DNA of 64,000 nt from Hypanus sabinus (taxonomy: Eukaryota), in NCBI RefSeq assembly GCF_030144855.1, contig NC_082708.1:133300001-133364000 (forward strand), read 5' to 3'. The translations under genes and the position numbers were made by a program. The notes under the pieces are model-generated. The model was given only the letters and a program-made list of their open reading frames with translations, ran no database searches and had not been told where the DNA came from. Positions 26,627-38,235 of this stretch are shown here, piece by piece; position 1 is the first letter of the stretch; the number at the start of each line of letters is the position of its first letter.

Positions 26627-27075
26627 TGTCAAACGTTCCTTCTAATTATTACCCGTTACCCGATGCAAGAACAGACAGTACTACAGAAGGTAAAGCAACT
26701 GCTTTTTTTATTAGTAGCTTGCTACTGGAGAGAGCTCTCTCTAGGCCCACAGCAGCCCGTTCCGAGGGTCTCCCTACCCGCACACAGATACAGAGTCTTT
26801 TTTATACCCTTTCTGCCATGCAGCAGGAAACAATTTTCTGGCTACCCCTACAGTCATATGCCCAGCAACAATGGTATTTTAATACAAAGGCCCTTTGGTT
26901 GCCTTAATAGGCCAAAGGTCATCAACCACAGACAATGTGCATGATGAGATCATCTCTCGTAGTTCTTTTGTACGGTATTACCATATTGCATTCTGCAGGT
27001 GCACAAGCCAGCAGAGCTTAGCTTGAAATCTAATTTTTACCTGTCAGCAGAACAAATTAACCCTTTACTACCTCA
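26627..27075 (-). repeat. ERV 3' LTR (449 bp)
   Basis: Direct repeat of 32104-32559 (about 19 substitutions and 2 indels by eye); minus-strand TATAAA near 26806 and AATAAA near 26712; preceded by PPT AAAAAGGAGGGAA (27076-27088). Confidence 0.95.
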
Positions 27076-27103
27076 TTCCCTCCTTTTTATCATATGATAA
27101 CAA

Positions 27104-28470
27104 TTAAATTGGGGCTGAAAACAGTGCCGCTAATTTGGTAGGGAAAGCCTTGCAGCACGTGTTTAAACAGGTCAACAGTACACAACACACAATGATAATC
27201 ACAACAAGAATGACTAACCCATGTAGGAAATAAGAGGCCCATGATCCCCCTAGCAACTAGCTGAGCCACCCTTCTCCTCCCGGCAGACCCTTGCCTAAAA
27301 CTATCTAACTGAATCTGAATTTTCTGAATCTCTAGAATCGCGTACGAGATGTTATGGGACTCGTCCCTGACATGGGTGTTGCACTTATCTCCAACTATGG
27401 CACACACCCCTCCCTGCTGGGCTAACTGGTAGTCCACAACATACCGGGTCTGCAGAGCGTAAAGTCGAAGTTCTGCCATTTCTTGGTTGATTGCCTCCAT
27501 TGTGCTGTTCCCCAATGCTGTCAGCCCACAGACGAGGTAGTTTCGATTCCCAGCTATGGCCCCTGCAGATCCGCCGAGGGAGAAAGTGCTGAGCCAGCCT
27601 TAGCCCACCGCCGATCCCAGAGTGGTCAGGTCCTTATAATCCGCACATAATTCCTTACTGATGGATCAAGCCACCAGTCGTCGTCAAACGGGAGCTTCCT
27701 GCAGGCCAGGAACGGTGATCGTTCCAACGGCGAATGGTGGAGGCAGAGCATTAGGACCCGTAGTGTAAGAGGAACACGTATCCGCTCTTTGCCCAGTAGC
27801 ATGTGGAACTGTCAGAAAATGTTTTCTGATACCAGATATTTTCAGCACGGTATATTGGGGCGAAAGCCAGCTGACATTTTCCCTCTAGAAACGTGGGTCC
27901 CATTACAATGACCACACACGTACTGATTCCCTTCGGGTAGGACAACACACCTTTCTCGAGTACAGGTACATGAAAACTTACTGCTTTTTATTCCACAATC
28001 ATGATTCAGACAGTGCCTTTCAATGCTGGGGATGTTCTTAGGGACTTTAACAATTACACACACCCATCCTATTCCTCGGAAATAGAAAGGGCAGCCGTGG
28101 GTGCCCCTACAGATAGTTCCATTTCCAGACTGTCATTCTGTTGCCTCTGTGCGTTTAGCCAGGACTGAGTTCCCCAGCTCTTGGATCACCCATTCTCAGA
28201 ACTCCACCCTAAAGTGCTGTTCAAACTTTCCACACACTGTCCCATACTCGCTCTTGTAAACCTTCCCTTATCACCTTTACGCTCTCTGCCTGACGTATCC
28301 TCTTCCACTAACTCCTCCCAATTCCTTTCAGTTGGGTTAGCCACGAATAGTGCCTCTACAAGGGGTAACATACAGTTCTGTTACCATATAATTGCATATG
28401 CATTTCATAAAAGAGATTACTTTCCAAAGCATCTGTAAATACATAAAGAGTCCAAGTCCAACAACAATCG
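27104..28470 (-). pseudogene. env: ERV env (SU plus TM) with stops and frameshifts
   Basis: SNLFYEMHMQLYGNRTVCYP N-terminus; TM LC...LVCGLTALGNST...LQTRYVVDYQLAQQGGVCAIVGDKC; anchor LHGLVILVVIIIVCCVLLTC after a frameshift. Confidence 0.9.
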
Positions 28471-28471
28471 C

Positions 28472-28551
28472 TAGTCCTGACGAAGGGTCTCGGCCCGAAA
28501 CCACGGATGCTGCCCGACTTGCTGAGTTCCTCCAACGTGTTTGTACGTGTT
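28472..28551 (+). mobile_element. Penelope-derived 80-bp insert inside the ERV at the pol/env boundary
   Basis: AGTC-CTGACGA-A-GGGTCTCGGCCC-GAAA; TSD AACAATC(G/A)C at 28463-71 and 28552-60. Confidence 0.8.
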
Positions 28552-28556
28552 AACAA

Positions 28557-30162
28557 TCACGTTTCGTCCGGCGACCCTCGCTTATAATCACTCAGGTGAA
28601 TCCAACGGTTGTGACCTTGTACTTTTACTGCAGTCGGCATCTGGAGAAGGATCTGAAAAGGTCCTTTCCACCGGGGTCCAAGCTTGGGGTGCTCCCAATC
28701 CCTTACCAGTACCGAATCCCCAACTTTCAAATCCGGACACTCCGCTTCTGGTTTTTCCTGTGGTTTAAATGCCTCCTGCACCTGAGAATGAAGGAACTTT
28801 AGAGAGGATGTTAACTGCCTGAAATACCTTTGCAATTCACCCCCCCCCCCCATAACATTAAGGTCAACTTGGGTGGGAGGCTGTGTATTGACATCCCACG
28901 GGGTCCTTCCGGGACGTCCATAAATAATTTCAGCCGCTGATACTGTGGTAGTGGAATGGGGAGGAATCATCATATGATACAAAGCTAACAGAAGGACCTT
29001 CAGCCAGTTCAGTCCAGTTTCAGACATTAACTTAGCCAGCTTATTTTTCAAGGTGCCGTTAGCCCATTCCACTATTCCTGCAGCCTTCGGGTGCTGGACA
29101 CAGTGGAATCGCTGTTGAATGTGCAGCACCTCGCATAGTTCTTTATTTATTTTTCCCACAACATGAGGACAATTGTGCGAACTTGTCTGTCTGGGTAAGC
29201 CGAATCTTGGTATAATCTCTGTAAGTAACACCCTTACCACCATGGAGGCTTTATTATTGGTGGTCAGAAAGGCTTCAGTCCATCTGCTAAGCACATCTAC
29301 AATCACTAAACAATACCTATAACAGTGTACACGCGGTAGTTCGATAAAATCAAGCTGAATAAATTCAAAAGGACCCCTTGGCAAGGGGATTTTTCCTCGG
29401 GCACACTTTATTCCTCTTCCCGCATTTATTTGTTGGCATATCAGACATGATCGTATTTTCTCTTGTGCCGCCTCTTCCAATCTAGGGTGCCACCAGGTGC
29501 GTAGTAAAATGTTACTCATTCCCTCCTTGCCAAGATGCGTATCAGTATGCAGGCAATCAATAAGCATTGGTAACAAAGCATCAGGTATACAAACTTGGCC
29601 AACTGGTGTGAGCCAGAGGCTCTCGGACGCAGAGTGCAAACACCCATGTGACTTCCAGATTAGTTTTTCTGAATCGGGGCGTCCCCCTGTAGTTGTCCAT
29701 GTCTGGAAAACCCTTTGCTGTTGTGGTTGGCCAGCAGGCCAAGGCCAATTTCTCTGCCGTGGAGACAATATAAATGGCAGTCTGTGCCGCTAATTTGGCT
29801 TCTCTGTCCGCCCGATGATTACCTTGGGTAACGAGAGGAGTCGGAGAGATGCGCTGAGCACTTAATTGTTTTGAAAGGAGGATGGCACTGAGGAGGTTCT
29901 TTATGTATGAGGCATTCTGGATAGGGGTCCCTGTGGAAGCGAGGAATCCTCGATGGGCCTATAGCTGGCCGAAGTCATGAGCCAGCCCAAAAGCGTAACG
30001 GGAGTCAGTAAAAATATTGGCCACTTCATCCTTGGTCAATATACAGGCTCTTGTCAAGGCAAATAGTTCTGCCCTTTGTGCTGAGACAGGAGGTGGTAAG
30101 GATGCTGACTCGACCACAGCCGAGTCATTCACAATGGCGTAGCTACTAAGGCGGGTTCCAGT
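28557..30162 (-). pseudogene. pol: ERV pol remnant: RNase H plus integrase
   Basis: SAQRAELFALTRAC, NIFTDSRYAFG (RNase H); H-x3-H...C-x2-C, QLDF, SSHNCPH (second catalytic D changed to H), GIVE, WKGPF (integrase ORF 28557-29768). Confidence 0.93.
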
Positions 30163-31601
30163 AAAAAAAAGAGTGCTCGCTTCATCTGGGGTCACCAGTT
30201 ATCCGACTAGTTCATATTGTTGGTCCTAATGGCAGCATCAATATTCTCAGGGATACATTGCACAAGAATAGCATTAAACTGGGGCGAGAGATTACCAGCA
30301 TTAAAGGCGGTATCCCCGGCATAGGTTGCATAGGTGGAGCAGAAACGGTCCTAAAAGTCAGTACCGTCTTTTCTTTCCTTAGGTTTACATTCTAAGACTT
30401 TGCTCATGTCAACAAGCTGATGCAGGGTCGTCTTAAGGGCTCGTTTAATCTTGTCTACCTGTTCTGTTGGGTCTGGGTTCACTGTCAAAAATGCCTGCCA
30501 ATTATTGTGATTATTTAGTCCCTGATACCATTTAGTCTGTTCATCCTGAGTGAGGGCCGTACAGCACAGACTGAAAAGATCTTGGAGAGTAGCCTGATAC
30601 ACTTGAATGATGCTTATTATATAGCGTATAAAATCGTCCAGATTCGTTTTATGGTTAGGTGCGGTGCTCATCATCATGCGCATTTCATGAGCTTTCCATG
30701 GGGTATAAATGCGCAGAGTGGGTTCATCGGCGTTCCCGTGGGGATCGGGGCAATTCCGGTCAGGAGTAAACGTGGAGTGTGTGCATCCGGGGCCACAGTT
30801 TCAAAGGGGTCATTTTCATCACACTCCTCATCAGGGTCAATCAAAGGGCAGTCCCCCTATTAAACTGTTTCTCTTGAGAATTGCATTTTTGCGTTTCGGC
30901 CGCGGGGTAGATTTTTTTCAGTGGCTTCAGTTCCAGCTGCAACGGGATCACTAAATTGTTCTGGCCCATGTCTCCGCTCCCGTTCCTGAGCTGTGTAAGG
31001 AGGTGATGGTTGGGATGCCTGCTTGCTGAAGGAGTGGAGGGTAAACTGGGGCCGTGGGGCGAACTAGTCAATCCTCCTCAGTTTCATCTGTATCATCAGT
31101 CTCATTTTGGAACAACATCGGTAAACCAGACTTGTCCGGAGGTACCTCCATTTTACCCTGGTAATTAACAACCTCACGTCCCCGTCCAGTTCCTTCTCCT
31201 GTTTTTTCCCTCCTTTTCTGTCCTTTATCATGCTCCTCGCTGTTACTTCAACACTTCCCATGGCTTGGGTTTGCCTTCCCTATCACATACACTAATCCCT
31301 CTTCTAGATGCATTGTGTTCCCAACTACTTTGTCTAGACTTATTGGTTAATTCCTCGGCCGTTTTTCTCCATGTTGACATTAAGATTTTCCATTTCCCCC
31401 CTGAATTCCGCTTCCACATTGTCTTTTCTGCATTAATGAATTTCTGCACATTTCAGGTTCCCCCTAATGGCCACGTTCCATTTCCAGTTTCTTATTTAAT
31501 GAGTCAGATAATTTACAAAAATCATTTCCGTCCCTGGGAGTCTCCTTACAAATTTTGAACAAGGGGGTATCCGTTCCTGACTTATCAAGGGTCTGACCCA
31601 T
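30163..31601 (-). pseudogene. gag: ERV gag remnant (MA, Pro-rich region, CA); NC absent
   Basis: ATG at 31601 gives MGQTLDK (myristoylation-type MG start); WPLGGT MA motif; MHR-like KVLECKPKERKDGTDF*DRF; several frameshifts. Confidence 0.85.
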
Positions 31602-32082
31602 TTTCCTTTAATCCGTTAATTTTGTGCTGTGCCTCTCTGCACCCACTTCAGGGTACTGACCTTCACATGGGGGATTTTCCCTCTTAACAACCGGTCTAAG
31701 GCAGGGTGTCTGAGACAGGCAGATTATTGTAAACTCACTGTAGTGAATCCTCTAACTATTATCCCAGTGAATCCTCTAACTGTTATCTGGGACGAATCCT
31801 CAATCCCACACTTCTTGTACCTGGGCGAATCCTCAACCCCACTTTTTTAACACCTGGGCGAATCCTCAAGCCCCCCTCCAACCCCTTCTTACCGTAGTAC
31901 TCGGGCAACCTTAATGATTCTTCAGGAGTCTGTCCAAGGAATGCCCGTAGACGAAGGGGTCGACAAGGTACACAACTAATGAGAGAGATCAAGGTAAATC
32001 TTACCTTGTGGACCCATCTGTCTCGGGTCGTTGCCACCGAGCCGATCACTGATGCCGCCTCACGGAGCTGCCTCGTCTTGGA

Positions 32083-32100
32083 CTCCTGGTTGGCTCATCA
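32083..32100 (-). promoter_or_regulatory. ERV primer-binding site, tRNA-Arg(ACG)
   Basis: Minus strand TGATGAGCCAACCAGGAG, 15/18 to TGGCGAGCCAGCCAGGAG, 3 nt downstream of the 5' LTR. Confidence 0.8.
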
Positions 32101-32103
32101 AAT

Positions 32104-32559
32104 TGTCAAACGTTCCTTCTAATTATTACCCGTTACCGGATGCAAGAACACTCAGTACTACGGAAGATAAAGCAACTGCTTTTTTTATTAGAAGCTTGCT
32201 ACTGGAGAGAGCTCTCTCTAGGCCCACAGCAGCCCGTTCCGAGGGTCTCCCTACCCGCACACAGATACAGAGACTTTTTTTATACCCTTTCTGCCACGTA
32301 GCAGGAAACAATTTTCTGGCTACCCCCACAGTCATATGCCCAGCAACAGTGGTATTTTAAGACAAAGACCCTTTGGTTGCCTTAATAGGCCAAAGGTCAT
32401 CAACCACAGACAATATGCATGATGAGTTCATCTCTCGTAGCTCCACATTTTTTGTACGGTATTACCGTATTGCGTTCTGCAGGTGCACAAGCCAGCAGAG
32501 CTTAGCTTGAAATCTAATTTTTACCTGTCAGCAGAACAAATTAACCCTTTACTATCTCA
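32104..32559 (-). repeat. ERV 5' LTR (456 bp)
   Basis: Direct repeat of 26627-27075, TG...CA ends. Confidence 0.95.
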
Positions 32560-34155
32560 CTATGGTTTCCACATCGTTCCTATAGTGAGGCGACCAGAAC
32601 TGAGCACAGTACTCCAAGTGGGGTCTGACCAGGGTCCTATATAGCTGGAACATTACGTCTCGGCTCCTGCACTCAGTCCCACAATTGATGAAGGCTAATG
32701 CACCGTATGCTTTCTTAACCACAGAGTCAAACTGCACAGCAGCTTTGAGAGTCCTACGGACTCAGACACCAAGGTCCCTCTGCTCCTCCACACTGCCAAG
32801 AATCTTACCATTAGTACTCTATTCTGCCATCATATTTGACCTACCAAAATGAACCACCTCACACTTATCTGTGTTGAACTCCATTTGCCACTTCTCAGCC
32901 CAGTTTTGCATCCTAACAATGTCCTGCTGTAACCTCTGACAGCCCTCCACACTATCCACAACACTCCAACCTTTGTGTCATCAGCAAGTTTACTAACCCA
33001 TCCCTCCACTTCTTTTATCCACGTCACTTATGAAAATCATGAAGAGTAGGGGGTCCCAGAACAGATCCCTGAGGCACACCATTGGTCACTGGCCTCCATG
33101 CAGAATATGACCCATCTACAATCACTCTTTGCCTTCTGTGGGCAAGCCAATTCTGGATCCACAAAGCAAGGTCCCCTTGGATCCCATGCCTCCTTACTTT
33201 CTCAATAAGCCTTGTATGGGGTACCTTATCAAATGCCTTGCTGAAATCCATATACACTACATCTACGGCTCTACTTTCATCAATGTGTTTCGTCATATCC
33301 TCAAGAAATTAAATCAGGCTCATAAGGCATGACCTGTCTTTCACAAAGACTATTCCTAATCATATTATGCCTCTCCAAATGTTCATAAATCCTGCCTCTC
33401 AGGATCTTCTCCATCAACTTGCCAACCACTGAGGTAAGACGCACTGGTCTTGGGCTATCTCTACTTCCTTTCTTGAATAATGAAACAACATCCACAACAC
33501 TTCAATCTTCTGGAACCTCTCCCATCCTCATTGATGATGCAAAGATCTTTGCCAAAGGCTCAGCAATCACAGTAGGCTGGGGTACATCCTGTCCGGTCCT
33601 GGTGACCTATTCAATTTAATGCTTTCCAAAAGCTCCAGCACATCCTCTTCCGTAATATCTACATGCTCAAGCTTTACAGTCCACAGTAAATCATCCCTAC
33701 AATGGCCAAAATCCTTTTCCATAGAGAACACTGAAGCAAAGTGCAGATTGAGTGCATCCCTTCTCTATCACCTGCCTATCCTCCCTCTTGCACTGTCTCC
33801 AAGCTTTCTTTATTTGTGAGCCAACCGCCTCTTCCTCCATCTTTTCGGTTCACTTCCCACCCCCCAGCAATCCTAGTTTAAACTCTCCCCAATAGCCTTA
33901 GCAAACCTCCCCGCCAGGATATTGGTCCCCTTTGAATTCAAGTGCAACCTGTCCTTTTTGTAAAGGTCACTCCTGCCCCAAAAGAAGTCCCATTGATTCA
34001 GAAATCTGAATCCCTGCCCCCCGCTCCAATCCCTCAGCCAAGCATTTATCCTCCACTTCATTCTATTCCTATACTGACTGTTGCGTGGCACAGGCAGTAA
34101 TCCCGAGATTACTACTTTTATGGTCCTGCTTCTCAACTTCCTTCCTAACTCCCTG
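32560..34155 (-). mobile_element. CR1 LINE (RT fragments and SGNH-esterase-like ORF1), internally deleted
   Basis: VVYMDFSKAFDKVPH, GVPQGSVLGP, ADDTK, LVRPHLEYCAQFW; ORF1 VVISGLLPVPR...DRLHLNSKG. Confidence 0.88.
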
Positions 34156-34339
34156 ATATTATTGGATTATTGGATGTTATTCCAACAAAATTTTAATTCT
34201 CTTTTTGAAAATGTTACACAGTATTATAATAAATGTCTCCAGTGAATTGGGTAAATTTAAAGGCAGTGTGGGTATTGTGGTTCTGATGAGTTTGAAAAGG
34301 GTGTGGAAAACTTTGTTTAGGAGCCAGATGTTGGATCAG

Positions 34340-35010
34340 CAGCAACATTCACAAAACGCTAGAGGAACTCAGCAGGTCAGGCAGCATCTGTGGAGGGGAA
34401 TGAACCATCAGCCTTTTAGGCCAAGACCCTGCACCAGCACTGAGAGGAAGGGAACCAGAATCAGCAGGTGGAGCAGGGGGAGGAGAAAGAGTACGACCTG
34501 CGCCGGGCCAGTGAAGGGGAAGGTGGGTGGGTGAGGGAGGGAAGGATGATGTGAGAAGCTGGGAGGCGATGGAAGAGGTAAAGGGCTAAGGAAGAATGAA
34601 ACTAATAGGAGAGGACAGTAGACCATGGAGTGGAGTGGAGGGAAGGAGGTGGGGAGAGATAAAGGGCTGTTTATGCGTCGAAGAGGAGATGAGAAATAGT
34701 GAGAGGGTAACCACAATGGGGAATAGAAAAAGTGAAGAATGGGAAGGGGGGATAAACCAGGGGAGTGATTACTAGAAGTTAGAGGAATCAAGGTTCATGC
34801 ACCCCTACCTGCCAGCTTGTACCTCTCCCCCTTTCCCTCGCCTTCTTATTCTGGCTTCTGTCCCCTTCCTTTCCAGTCCTGATGCAGAGACTCAGCCTGA
34901 AATGTCAACTGTTGATTTCCCTTTATTAATGTTGCCTGACTTGCTGAGATCCTCCAGCATTTTGAGTACGTTGCTCAAGATTTCCAGCATCTGCAAAATC
35001 TCTTGTATGC
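34340..35010. mobile_element. Head-to-head inverted pair of Penelope 3' ends
   Basis: Minus copy 34340-34790 and plus copy 34797-35010, each with the terminal motif. Confidence 0.75.
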
Positions 35011-35269
35011 TGAATCAGTGGGTTTTCTGTAATTATCAGATTTTACAGTAAATAGACAATTTTATTTAATATTTCTTACTTTGATGAGAGGGAGACTCTC
35101 ATTACTAGGTCAGGGAGACTAAAATTGTACACAATACTCTGGGTATGTTTTTTGCAAAATGTTCTATGATTACGGCAGAATTCTTTCATATGTTATTTAC
35201 CTTATTAATTGCTTGTTATATCTGGCTGTTAATTACTAAAAGAACAACACCTCTTATCCTCTCTGGTTA

Positions 35270-35820
35270 GCATACAACCCAACAGCATGAACATTGAATT
35301 CTACAGTTTCAGGTAACTTGCTGTCCCTGCCTCTTTCTCTCACCTTCTGATCTACCCAAGTCATCCTACACACACCGCACTCCTACTATGTAGTTTCTTT
35401 CCAACTCCTCCACCTACTCCATCATCCACACAATTGCCCACTGCATTCCTACCCCCCCCAACTGTCCCCATCTCCCCACCTTTTCTTAGTGATTTGGTTC
35501 CACACTCCACTGTCCTTTCCCATCATTATGCATCATCTGTAGCCGAGTTGTCTTCACCTACTTCGCAGCCTCTGTTGTTATCTTCACCCTTCCCTCCACC
35601 ACCTGACTTCATTTGCGTATAGCCCCTCCTTACCTGAATCTGCCTATCAGTTACCAGTTTTTTCCCCACTCCTTCACCTTACTTACTTACTTTATACCAG
35701 CCATTGCCCCTCTAATATTTCAGTCCCGATGAAGGGTCTCAATCTGAAACATCGACTGTCTGTGTATGCTGCATCCCTACTAGTTTTACACCTGGTTCGA
35801 TCACCTGCAGTCTTGTGTCT
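35270..35820 (+). mobile_element. Penelope 3' fragment
   Basis: QPNSMNIEFYSFR* ORF end, pyrimidine tract, CAGTC-CCGATGA...GAAA-CATC-GACTG at 35721-35758. Confidence 0.7.
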
Positions 35821-36125
35821 GCTAGGTATTAATTTTCTGATTTCTATGTGAGTTATCTTGTTTTCAGATAGTCATTGTTATTTCTTGTCATTGCTCTTCC
35901 CAAGTGGGCAGAATACCCAGTGAGCCTGATGCCTTCTCCCCTGAAGTCACATGGAATAATTTCCAAAGATAGCTGTCTAAACATTAAGTAGGACCATGGC
36001 TGGTCACTTAGCCTGCAATTGCTTGCCAAATGAATATAGAACATGGGTCTTCAGTCTGAGAATTTTACCAGTATCCTGTTCTTTTACCAAAATTGGAGAT
36101 GAAATGCATATCTCTTTCATTGCAG

Positions 36126-36272
36126 GAATATTTACTCAGTAGACTTGTTCAAGGAGTCAATATGACTATACTACTGGCATCTGTGGTTGGTATTCTGATG
36201 ACAACCATCCTAGTGTATCTTGGTTGTAGAAGCCTCCCCATCTGTGGCTGTTTTGACAATACAACTGGAATG
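36126..36272 (+). CDS. Uncharacterised four-TM protein, coding exon 4
   Basis: ttgcag|GAA...ATG|gtaagt; EYLLSRLVQGVNMTILLASVVGILMTTILVYLGCRSLPICGCFDNTTGM, phase 0/0. Confidence 0.85.
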
Positions 36273-37500
36273 GTAAGTTTATTGCTCAGTCATAGTTCTC
36301 CAAATTGTTGTTCCTCTGTGTGTTGTGGCCCATCAGGCAGCAACCTTGCAGTTTCTTTAGTATTTGTTTTTATTTTATGAGACCGAGTTAATAGCTCGAC
36401 ACTCAATCCTGCATGGATGGGACGTGTGCAAGGTGCCGGCCAGATTTGAACTCAGGACCACTCACCTTGAAGCCTAGTGTGGATACCTTAACACCACCAG
36501 CCAGCTAGTTATCAAAATTACTTGTGTTTATTTAAAATGGCTTGTTGTGCTCTGAATGATAAATCCAAGAATGCATACTAGTTAATTTCTTTCATGTTCT
36601 AATCTACAAATTGAATAATTTAAAAGTATTATTTGGTTATTCAACAGCAGGACATCAAAATGCATTTCAGCTTTGTAGTCCTTGTACAATGTCTTTGCAG
36701 ACATTTCCAGCAATGATTGGTATGGGCAATGCTGACAGACTTTAATAGATTAAGTTTACTCTAGTCAGTCATGGTTCTAATCTTATTTGCCATATCCCTT
36801 TAAAACCCTTGTAGATATTGTCATCCAACTTGATAAGCACCTTCAAAATATTTATTTGATGTAATGCCGTTTCTTAGCTTTTTCAGAAAATATGAATTTT
36901 AACTTTATAGGTGTTTTCACACCAAATCAAGTTTCAAAATGAGTAGGTTATCCAAGTGCAAAAGTATTTAAAATCTCTTACTCGTTTGGGCAACAATAAT
37001 TAAAGCAAATTTATGAGAAAATGCTTTGTGTAATGAACACCTGAGATGGGAGAACGCCAAAGTGCTGAAGGTCATTAAAAGTGCATGAAGAGGACAAGTG
37101 TGCTGAGTCTACGGTAGGGAGATGGGGCAATTGAATGTTCAACTAGATATCGGACATTTTGAGAAAGGGCTGCTGTGGCACAACTGGTTCCATAACCACC
37201 TTTTGTGCTGCAAAATTCCATGAATTTCTCAGCACTGAAATCTTAAAGCAAACCTCACACCTGAATCCCATGCTCTGACCTGGTCTTAAATAGAAACAAA
37301 AACTGCTGGAAAGATTGAGCCACATCTGCTTGAACACACAATTATCTTTTCAGATTGATGACCACTGAAAATAGAAAAGAAAGGCATTTTGGTGGTGTGG
37401 AGTGGTATGCAAGGATAGTGATCAGTATGAATTTTTGAAGGTAATGAAATAACTTGGCTATGTTCCTGAGGAAAGCAAAAGAGGGACTTCTACTGATACT

Positions 37501-38235
37501 CAACATTCCCACTAAAGTGTGTGTGTGCATACATCTTTTGCTATTAGAGCACAAAGGAATTTAAACTGCACACAAATGGTTGTCGCCCTCTACCTTGTTG
37601 GCATGTTAAGTATATTTCGCACTCATACACAATCACATTTCCTTTTCCAGTTTCTGATGCAGACGGTGTTGACAACATGGAGTTTATGATGATTTGTCTG
37701 CAGATTTTAGAACTGTCTTATATCTACTATTTTTATTGAAGAAATTATTAATTCACTATGCCAAATTCCAAAGAAGCAACGCGCGTGAAGCGCAAAAGAA
37801 CTGCTTGTTCATTTAAGGCAAAATGGCTTAATGGAACAGTAGAAACTGCAATACTGAAAGCTCATAAGCTACGAGAAAAATTTATGTACAATACAGAAAC
37901 TGGTATTCCCTGTGTGCATTGTTACGATGCAAAAGTTGCTGGAGAATTTGCAAGTGGGAAGAAGTGGAATGATATTTTGAAACTAATTAGCAAGCAAATC
38001 ACATATGGATGGTATGCAAAACCTCCAGCAGGAAAATCCTTCATTACATGTCACAGGCCTGCTACATATGTTTTGTGAGAGTCCACATGAACATGAGAGG
38101 AAAAGATCAAACGCAGAGGAGATCAAAGTTCTTATTGACAGTGTAGTAACAGTGCACACGTTGTCACTGGGCAAAAAAATGGCACAGTACAAGATTTATG
38201 CACGCACTGGTCATTACAAATTAGAGGGAACATTG
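37501..38235 (+). mobile_element. Non-autonomous hAT (Tip100/ZNF862-like) element
   Basis: TIR CAACATTCCCACTAA / TTAGAGGGAACATTG; 8-bp TSD CTGATACT / CTGGTACT; N-terminal transposase remnant with FxxxW and CxxC (37758-38078). Confidence 0.75.

Larger units (their letters stand above)
26627..32559 (-). mobile_element. Endogenous retrovirus, class I (gamma/epsilon-like) provirus, internally deleted, 5933 bp
   Basis: Two LTRs (TG...CA), TSD CTAT (26623-26, 32560-63), PBS, PPT, gag, RNase H, integrase and env remnants. Confidence 0.97.

Noticed and set aside
26626-26944. Duplicated small ORFs at 26626-26944 and 32031-32360
   Set aside because: Chance ORFs within the two LTRs
27090-28556. Domesticated syncytin-like env
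   Set aside because: Multiple stops and frameshifts, including loss of frame before the membrane anchor
28557-29768. Functional 403-aa integrase gene
   Set aside because: The ORF is open but the second catalytic Asp reads His (SSHNCPH); openness is compatible with young age
33873-34136. Host GDSL/SGNH esterase gene (similar ORFs at 58348-58536 and 62118-62450)
   Set aside because: These are CR1 ORF1 remnants adjacent to CR1 ORF2 fragments
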